From positions 416,001 through 480,000 of the forward strand of contig OZ223209.1 of NCBI GenBank assembly GCA_965140415.1: a DNA stretch of 64,000 bases, in the 5' to 3' direction. The DNA comes from Myxococcota bacterium (lineage in GTDB: Bacteria > Myxococcota_A > SURF-8). The notes below the pieces were generated by a model. The model searched no databases. It was given only the letters and a program-made list of their open reading frames with translations, and was not told the DNA's origin. The translations under genes were made by a program, and so were the position numbers. Shown here piece by piece: positions 52,579-59,377 of this stretch. Each line of letters opens with the position of its first letter. Within the stretch, counting starts at the first letter, position 1.

Positions 52579-52821
52579 ATGAAATGGAACGGAATGCCGC
52601 CACGCAACCCTGCGCGCTATAATACGGTTGACAGCGGGGTAAAGTGCCCGACCTGCGGAGAAGGGTCTCTTTACCCGCTTTTCAGTTGTTTGGAATCTCA
52701 TTTTGTCTGTTCGAATTGCGACGAGCGTTTCAGCCTGGAATCCTTGGTGTTCAAGCTTTCCGACAGCGACTTCGATTCTTTGGCAGATCTTGTCGGACAT
52801 CGCTATTGCGACCGAATCTGA
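52579..52821 (+). CDS. Small dual-CxxC zinc-ribbon-like protein (80 aa)
   Basis: RBS AAGGA; CPTC...FSC...CSNC...CDRI. Confidence 0.75.
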   Translation: MKWNGMPPRNPARYNTVDSGVKCPTCGEGSLYPLFSCLESHFVCSNCDERFSLESLVFKLSDSDFDSLADLVGHRYCDRI

Positions 52822-52942
52822 ACGAAACGAGATGGATTGACTCGATACCACGCGACGGTTGAGCCACGGTCGTCGCAGCCCGGACAGGGCAATACTGTAC
52901 ATCGAACGGAAACAACAAGCTTGGTTGGGAAAGGAGTGTCCA

Positions 52943-53620
52943 ATGCTTTCCACGAAAGGATTGTGGGCGTGTCTCGTATTGGCGTCGCTGGTGGTGGTAG
53001 GCTGTGACTCCTCGGACTGTGGCGACTGTATCGGGGATGGTGATAACGCGTTGTGCGAAGAAGGCGACAAGGGTTGCGACGATAGCTGGCGGACTGTCTG
53101 CATCGAGGGCGCCTTTGAACGCATCGAAGATTGCGATATCGTTAATGAAGCGTGCCAGGACGGCTTTTGCGTACCGTATGCTACCGATGGCGATGGCATT
53201 GCCGATGGAGACACGACCGATGGCGACAGCACCGTTGATGGCGATGTGGCGGACGGTGACAAGGTGGATGGCGATACTGTGGTCGACGGCGATAATCAGC
53301 CCGATGGCGACATGGAAAACGATGGCGATGTTGTGGTCGATGGTGATGTAACCGATGGTGATGTAACCGACGGCGACATGGATATGGTCGATGGAGATAG
53401 CCCAGTGGACGGCGATGCTCCCGATGGCGATATCATCGACGGAGATATCATCGATGGCGATATGGAAGCCGATGGCGATACACCAATTGATGGCGATGTC
53501 ATTGACGGAGACATGGACGGTGATGCAATCGACGGTGACAGTCCGGTAGATGGCGATGTGGACGGCGATTGCGATCTGGAAGATTGTGAAGCGGAAGGGG
53601 AAGTCGTAGCGGCGGAATAG
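52943..53620 (+). CDS. Lipoprotein: short Cys-rich domain + 24 DGD repeats
   Basis: RBS AAGGAG, lipobox VVGC, 24 DGD motifs counted. Confidence 0.85.
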   Translation: MLSTKGLWACLVLASLVVVGCDSSDCGDCIGDGDNALCEEGDKGCDDSWRTVCIEGAFERIEDCDIVNEACQDGFCVPYATDGDGIADGDTTDGDSTVDGDVADGDKVDGDTVVDGDNQPDGDMENDGDVVVDGDVTDGDVTDGDMDMVDGDSPVDGDAPDGDIIDGDIIDGDMEADGDTPIDGDVIDGDMDGDAIDGDSPVDGDVDGDCDLEDCEAEGEVVAAE

Positions 53621-53654
53621 GATTGCCCGCTAAATCGCTTCTCTTTTAGTAAGT

Positions 53655-53698
53655 ATGAACGAGCCGAGTCGGTTAACCGCTCGGCTCGCTTCATTTTT
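53655..53698 (+). terminator. Intrinsic terminator
   Basis: ATGAACGAGCCGAG...CTCGGCTCGCTTCAT followed by T tract. Confidence 0.75.
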
Positions 53699-53717
53699 GT
53701 CTGTTCAGATTCGACGG

Positions 53718-53830
53718 GTGGCATTGGCCAAGCGAAGAGAAACGGAGCTTGCCCATGTGGCTCCTTAACACGGGCAAGCCTGCGGCTTAGCCCGCGCCAC
53801 CCTAAAATCAGACAGGTTTGCAACTTCTTG
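53718..53830 (-). repeat. REPIN-like element copy B
   Basis: Inverted copy of 42500-42612. Confidence 0.88.
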
Positions 53831-53946
53831 TGATGCACCCTGTTGGATCTGGAATACCTTATTTTACCACAATTCCTCTTGCCTTTTACTCCTATTTATG
53901 AGACACCACCAATCCTTGGTTCTCCCTTTTTGGTTAGGAAATAAGT

Positions 53947-55800
53947 ATGAGTCCCGCATCGAACACAAACGGAAGTCAAAAGCAGATACGCAATGTCGCC
54001 ATCATTGCTCACGTCGATCACGGTAAAACCACCCTGGTTGACCGTATGCTGGAGCAGTGCGGCACCTTGAAACGCAGCGAAGTCGGCATCGACCGCGCCA
54101 TGGATTCCAACAGCCTGGAACGCGAGCGCGGCATCACGATCTTGTCCAAATGCACGGCGATGGAATTTCGCGATCTGCACGTCAACGTAGTCGATACGCC
54201 CGGTCATGCGGATTTCGGCGGTGAAGTCGAACGCGTGATGCGCATGGTGGATTCGGTGCTGCTGTTGGTGGATGCCTTTGAAGGTCCGATGCCGCAAACG
54301 CGCTTCGTCACCCAGAAAGCGCTGGCGCGTGGATTGAAACCGATTCTGGTCATCAACAAAATCGACCGTGAAGGCGCAGACCCGGAAGGAGCCGTCAACG
54401 AAGTTTTCGATCTCTTCGTTTCGTTGGACGCCAACGACGAGCAACTGGATTTTCCCATCATCTACGCCTCGGCCAAGCAGGGATACGCCATCAATGAGTT
54501 GGATGACGAACCTAATGATTTGACTCCACTTTTCGAGCTGATCGCCAAAGAAGTACCGCCGCCGGAAGTCGAAGAGGGTGAAAGTCCGGCCATGCAGGTC
54601 TCCACTTTCGATCACGACGATTACCTGGGCGCAATGGCGACCGGGCGTGTGGTCAGTGGATGCTTTAAGCGTGGTGAAATGGTGCTGCTGGTTCATCGCG
54701 ACGGTTCCCACGAAGAATTCCGTATTACCCGTATTCTGGGTTTCCACGGTCTGCATCGCTTCGATATGGATGAAGCAATCGCGGGCAACATCGTTACCAT
54801 CACCGGCATGAGCGAACTGAATGTCGGTGAAACCATTACAAGTATCGAGAATCCCAGGATATTGCCGCTGCTGAAAATCGATGCACCTACCGTGTCGATG
54901 GCTTTTCGCGCCAACACCGGACCCTTTTCCGGTAAGGAAGGCAAGTATGTCACAAGCCAGAATCTGAAAGCGCGGCTGGAAAAGGAAATCCGCTCCAATG
55001 TGTCTCTGCGCGTGGAACCGACGGATCAGGCGGACACCTTTATCGTCAGTGGTCGCGGCGAGTTGCACCTGGCGGTGCTGATCGAAACGATGCGCCGCGA
55101 AGGGTACGAATTCATGGTGGCGCGTCCCGAAGTGGTGCTGCAATACGATGAAAACGGCCATAAGCAGGAGCCGTACGAGTCGCTGGTGGCGGATGTAGAC
55201 GCCGAGCATTCCGGTGTTGTGATCGATGCGCTTAACCGACGTGGCGGACGCATGCTGGGCATGCGCGAAATGCGTTCCGGGCGCACCCGGCTGGATTACG
55301 TCGTCCCCACGCGCGGCCTGATCGGCTACCGCTCGCAATTCATGACCGACACGCGCGGCATGGGCATTTTGAGCCACGTCTTTCTGGAATACGGCGAATT
55401 TCTGGGACCGATGCGCGGACGTCAGAACGGCGCTCTGGTCGTACAGGATACCTGCACGACGGTCACCTTCGGTCTGTGGAAATTGCAGGATCGCGGCGTC
55501 TTTTTCGTGACTGCCGGAGAAACGGTGTATGAAGGTCAGGTGATCGGCGAGCGCAATCGCAGCGGCGATATCGTCATCAATCCCGGGAAAGAGAAGAAAC
55601 TCACGAACATGCGCGCCTCCGCCTCCGATGAAAAAAACTGGCTCAAGCCGCATCGCGTCTTGTCGATTGAGGAAGCCATCGAATTCATCAACGATGACGA
55701 GTACGTGGAGTTCACGCCCGAATCCATCCGCATCCGCAAGCGCTATTTGGATTTCAACGACCGCAAGCGCCTGGAGCGCCGCGAAGCGAAAGAACAATAA
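53947..55800 (+). CDS. typA: Translational GTPase TypA/BipA
   Basis: [48 protein letters not shown]. Confidence 0.98.
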   Translation: MSPASNTNGSQKQIRNVAIIAHVDHGKTTLVDRMLEQCGTLKRSEVGIDRAMDSNSLERERGITILSKCTAMEFRDLHVNVVDTPGHADFGGEVERVMRMVDSVLLLVDAFEGPMPQTRFVTQKALARGLKPILVINKIDREGADPEGAVNEVFDLFVSLDANDEQLDFPIIYASAKQGYAINELDDEPNDLTPLFELIAKEVPPPEVEEGESPAMQVSTFDHDDYLGAMATGRVVSGCFKRGEMVLLVHRDGSHEEFRITRILGFHGLHRFDMDEAIAGNIVTITGMSELNVGETITSIENPRILPLLKIDAPTVSMAFRANTGPFSGKEGKYVTSQNLKARLEKEIRSNVSLRVEPTDQADTFIVSGRGELHLAVLIETMRREGYEFMVARPEVVLQYDENGHKQEPYESLVADVDAEHSGVVIDALNRRGGRMLGMREMRSGRTRLDYVVPTRGLIGYRSQFMTDTRGMGILSHVFLEYGEFLGPMRGRQNGALVVQDTCTTVTFGLWKLQDRGVFFVTAGETVYEGQVIGERNRSGDIVINPGKEKKLTNMRASASDEKNWLKPHRVLSIEEAIEFINDDEYVEFTPESIRIRKRYLDFNDRKRLERREAKEQ

Positions 55801-55861
55801 GTTTTAGAAATCGTTAGCAAGCAGTCTGCTGCCGGATGGCGTCCAATTTCCAACACCCGGT

Positions 55862-55890
55862 TTGACTCCCGTGGGTCTTTCTCCTATGAT
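55862..55890 (+). promoter_or_regulatory. sigma70 promoter
   Basis: TTGACT-17bp-TATGAT. Confidence 0.65.
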
Positions 55891-55969
55891 AGGCTCCGTT
55901 ACATTCGGTTCTTAGTTGATTTTAGCTGAGTTAGAGAAATTACTAGTCATCATTAGCGATATCTTCTTT

Positions 55970-56096
55970 TAGCGGCGAGGCGTAAGCCCGCCGTTTTCAA
56001 GATGTTTTTCGGTGGGCGGCATGGGCGAAGCGAAGGGAAACGGAGCTTGCCCATGTGCTTTTGAACACGGGCAGGCAGGCTCACGCCTCGCCGCTA
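55970..56096. repeat. Composite REP element copy C
   Basis: 19-bp terminal inverted repeats TAGCGGCGAGGCGTRAGCC enclosing a ~60-bp core shared with copies A and B. Confidence 0.82.
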
Positions 56097-56122
56097 CGAA
56101 TATCGAATCGCCTGTACTCGAA

Positions 56123-57922
56123 ATGAAAGCGCAAACGGTGCAGCACAACCGTGCCACAAAACGAAGATTGACGATCGGCTGGGCGTCGCTACTGGTGGCA
56201 CTGATGGCCCTGTGTGCGCATCTCCCCAATTTGTGGGGATATTTCTTTATCGACGATTTCTGGCATCTGGATAACTTGATCAGCGGCGACTACGTGTTCA
56301 GCTTGTGGCGCACCACGCGCGAGCAACTGGCGCACCTGTGGTTTATGAACGATTCCGTGTTTCCTGCCATGGGCGGGCTACAGGAAATTGTGCTTTATTT
56401 CCGCCCACTTTACGTCGTTTCGCTTTGGCTGGACTACCACCTGTTCGGCTTTTCTCCCTTTGGCTATCATCTGCACAGCTTGTTATGGCATGTGCTGAAC
56501 GCCGTATTGTTATTGCACTTGCTGCGCCGTTTTCGCTTTTCGCTGCACGCGGCGTTTATCGGCGCGTTGATCTTCGCCGTGCATCCACTGGCGATTGAAT
56601 CGGTTAACTGGATTTCCGCCCGCAGCGGGCCGATGGCTACCGCGTTTCTTTTAGCGGCGCTACATGCGTATTTGAAGTATCGCGAAAGCGGAAAGCGGGT
56701 ATTTGCGCTGTGGCACACGCTCTTTGCCGTGGCGGCCTTATTCTGTCATGAACATGCCATGGCCTATCCGTTTGCGTTAGTGGCTTATGAGTTCATCCGC
56801 TATTTCAGCGCCGGGAAAGCTGCCGGCACTCGTCCGGCCTTCAAGCTGCTCTGGCTGCCTCCTCTGCTGATTGGCCTGGGCTTATTGGCCTGGGAATCGA
56901 GCCAGATCGGTCCTGATACCTTTTCCATGAGCCGGGTCAACCTGGATACTTTTCTGCGCTGCGGACCTTTGCATGTGCTGGCCTACAATCTGTTGCAATA
57001 TGGAAAGCTGTTTTTGTGGGGCGGGGTAACGACCTCCTTCCACTTGCTGCCGTTGCCGTTGGGCTGGGCTTACGGTTATCTGATTTTCCCGCTGTTCGCT
57101 CTGGCCACGACAATCGGGATTTTTACCTTACGCAACAACATAAGATTACTGGGTTTATTCTTTGCGCTGGCTATGCTGACGGCGATTCTGTGGATGCCGC
57201 CGAATGGACGCTATCTTTATCCGGCAGCACCGGGTCTGTGTCTTTTGGCGGCGCTAGCCGTCGAAGCCATCGGACAACGAGTGCAGGGTTTACCGAAATA
57301 CGTGGCAACGACACTGTTGGCGCTGCTGCTGCTTTGGTGGGCGGGAGTCAGTTTCGGCTTTGCCTATTCCTCGCAGAAAACGCAGCAGCGAGTCGCTCAG
57401 GCGGTGGAACAGATTTCAGAGCAGGTGCAGGCGCGACCAAATCTGAAACGCCTGTTTTTAATGAACCTCTGGCCACCGATGGTCTGCGTGGATCGCCTGC
57501 TGCCTCGCCTGTTGGGACGACCGGAACTGCCGGTATATATTCTGACGTATTCCAGCAGTCTCTACGTACCGGAAACCTCGCCGCTATTGCAGCAACTGGG
57601 GAAAGCGATTTTCCCGGTCGAGGAGCGTTGGCGAGAACCGTTGCAGATCGAAACGCAAAAACTGGAAGAGAATATCTTTACCTTGAAATCCGAACCGGTC
57701 GGTTTTTTTGCCGGACCGGCGGCATTTGGCTGGGCGCTGGAAACCTTGCCGATGCCCAGCCGTAAATCGATCCGCATGCCCGATTTCAGCGTGCGCATCG
57801 GTTCGCGCAGTCCCCAGGGCGGCATCCGCAGCTTTTTAATTGAAACGGATCAACCGCTAAACGACCCCGGCAGTCTCTTCATGCAATGGCAGAATGGCCA
57901 CATGCAAATCTGGAAACCGTAG
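56123..57922 (+). CDS. GT-C fold membrane glycosyltransferase (PMT/ArnT/TMTC-like)
   Basis: FFIDDF, YFRPL, PFGYHL, FAVHPLAIESVNWISAR, RYLYP, many TM helices. Confidence 0.8.
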   Translation: MKAQTVQHNRATKRRLTIGWASLLVALMALCAHLPNLWGYFFIDDFWHLDNLISGDYVFSLWRTTREQLAHLWFMNDSVFPAMGGLQEIVLYFRPLYVVSLWLDYHLFGFSPFGYHLHSLLWHVLNAVLLLHLLRRFRFSLHAAFIGALIFAVHPLAIESVNWISARSGPMATAFLLAALHAYLKYRESGKRVFALWHTLFAVAALFCHEHAMAYPFALVAYEFIRYFSAGKAAGTRPAFKLLWLPPLLIGLGLLAWESSQIGPDTFSMSRVNLDTFLRCGPLHVLAYNLLQYGKLFLWGGVTTSFHLLPLPLGWAYGYLIFPLFALATTIGIFTLRNNIRLLGLFFALAMLTAILWMPPNGRYLYPAAPGLCLLAALAVEAIGQRVQGLPKYVATTLLALLLLWWAGVSFGFAYSSQKTQQRVAQAVEQISEQVQARPNLKRLFLMNLWPPMVCVDRLLPRLLGRPELPVYILTYSSSLYVPETSPLLQQLGKAIFPVEERWREPLQIETQKLEENIFTLKSEPVGFFAGPAAFGWALETLPMPSRKSIRMPDFSVRIGSRSPQGGIRSFLIETDQPLNDPGSLFMQWQNGHMQIWKP

Positions 57923-57945
57923 CGTTATAAAGGTGGAACGTTTCA

Positions 57946-57965
57946 AGCGGGATTGCAATCCCGCT
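57946..57965. repeat. Perfect 20-bp palindrome
   Basis: AGCGGGATTG-CAATCCCGCT. Confidence 0.7.
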
Positions 57966-58089
57966 CGATCCTGATTCTCTCTTTTGTATATCTGTAACTG
58001 ACTGCAACTACAAAGAATTTTACTCATTCGGAATATCTGCATGGATAAACCTCCTCTTATCCAGCAAAGGGGGAGGAAGTGAGTGCAGC

Positions 58090-59100
58090 TTGAGAAAAAC
58101 ACGACAAATCGTTTCGCTTCTGCTCTTTTCGGCACTGGTCGCCTATGGTCTATTCGGTCTGATCGATAGGGACGGACTAGGACGCGCCCAGACAAAGGAA
58201 ACGACTACGAAAACAACGGAAAACAACACCATGAGTTGGAACAAACTAACACCTGCCGAAGAACGAGTAATCGTCCATAAGGGAACCGAAGCACCCTTCA
58301 GCGGCGAATTCGTCAATCATCACGAAGATGGCACCTACACTTGCCGACGTTGCAACGCGCCGCTGTTCGACAGCCACAGCAAGTTCGAATCCGGCTGTGG
58401 CTGGCCCAGCTTCGACGATGCCCTGCCCGGCGCGGTAAAAGAAGTTCCCGACGCCGATGGTCACCGGGTGGAGATTCTCTGCGCTAAATGTGGCGGGCAT
58501 CTGGGTCACGTCTTTCGCGGCGAGAGATTTACGGAAAAGAACACCCGGCACTGCGTCAACTCCCTGTCGATCGCATTTACGGAAGGAAACGAAATGAGCG
58601 ACGAAAAACAACAGATTGCAGACGCCTATTTTGCAGGCGGCTGTTTTTGGGGGGTGGAATACTACTTGGAAAAGGAACCCGGCGTACTTTCGGCGGTCAG
58701 TGGCTACATGGGTGGAACGCTGGACGATCCCGACTATGAAACCGTGTGTGGCGGAAAGACCGGACACGCCGAAACGGTGCGGGTGCGTTACGACCCGACT
58801 AAGACCGATTACGAAACGCTGGCCAAACTCTTTTTCGAAATCCACGATCCGAGCCAGGTAAACCGACAGGGACCGGATATCGGTTTGCAGTACCGCTCCG
58901 CCGTGTTTTATTCGACCGAAGCGGAAAAGACGATTCTTGAAAAGCTGATTGGCCAGCTACAGGCTCGCGGGCATAAGGTAGTAACACAGCTTGAAAAGGC
59001 GGGGCGTTTTTACGAGGCGGAAGCCTATCACCAGGATTACTACGAAAAAACCGGCAAGCAGCCTTATTGCCATGCCCGTACCAAACGCTTCGGAGATTAG
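58090..59100 (+). CDS. msrAB: Bifunctional methionine sulfoxide reductase (MsrB then MsrA)
   Basis: KFESGCGWPSF, GHLGHVF, RHCVNS (MsrB); AGGCFWG, GHAETV, EAYHQDY (MsrA); TTG start after GGAGG, alternative ATG 58231. Confidence 0.95.
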   Translation: MRKTRQIVSLLLFSALVAYGLFGLIDRDGLGRAQTKETTTKTTENNTMSWNKLTPAEERVIVHKGTEAPFSGEFVNHHEDGTYTCRRCNAPLFDSHSKFESGCGWPSFDDALPGAVKEVPDADGHRVEILCAKCGGHLGHVFRGERFTEKNTRHCVNSLSIAFTEGNEMSDEKQQIADAYFAGGCFWGVEYYLEKEPGVLSAVSGYMGGTLDDPDYETVCGGKTGHAETVRVRYDPTKTDYETLAKLFFEIHDPSQVNRQGPDIGLQYRSAVFYSTEAEKTILEKLIGQLQARGHKVVTQLEKAGRFYEAEAYHQDYYEKTGKQPYCHARTKRFGD

Positions 59101-59141
59101 ACGAGGTCTTCGTGATATTTAGCCACTGATTCTATCAATAT

Positions 59142-59294
59142 GTGGAGCAGGTCAGCAGACGCTGCTCCAACACAAGGGTTAAGTCGACCTATGAATTAGC
59201 TGATCTGCTTGACAAGGACAACTCCAAACTGCGACACATCCTGAAACTCGCTGATCTCGATCCGGTTGGGGTTGAGAAGGCGATGCAACGCTAA
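59142..59294 (+). pseudogene. Short HTH-like ORF/remnant (50 aa)
   Basis: Hand translation ...KSTYELADLLDKDNSKLRHILKLADLDPVGVEKAMQR*. Confidence 0.4.
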
Positions 59295-59377
59295 GTCACA
59301 ACGCCTTCAAAAATAATCACATTCCATTGAAGTTAGAATATACTGAAAACTTCAGAATCGTCTCAGAAGATCACTGC

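Noticed and set aside
48150-53600. CRISPR array suggested by periodic repeats
   Set aside because: Repeats are in-frame coding repeats with synonymous variation; no constant repeat with unique spacers and no cas genes
53896-55797. 633-aa antisense ORF, and similar shadow ORFs at 7125-8009, 26468-27475 and 44022-45344
   Set aside because: Antisense to well-supported genes; expected from codon bias; no recognisable motifs
56012-56122. N-terminal extension of the glycosyltransferase and similar short peptides at 42353-42607 and 53296-53838
   Set aside because: Their similarity comes from translating the REP-like repeat, not from a protein family
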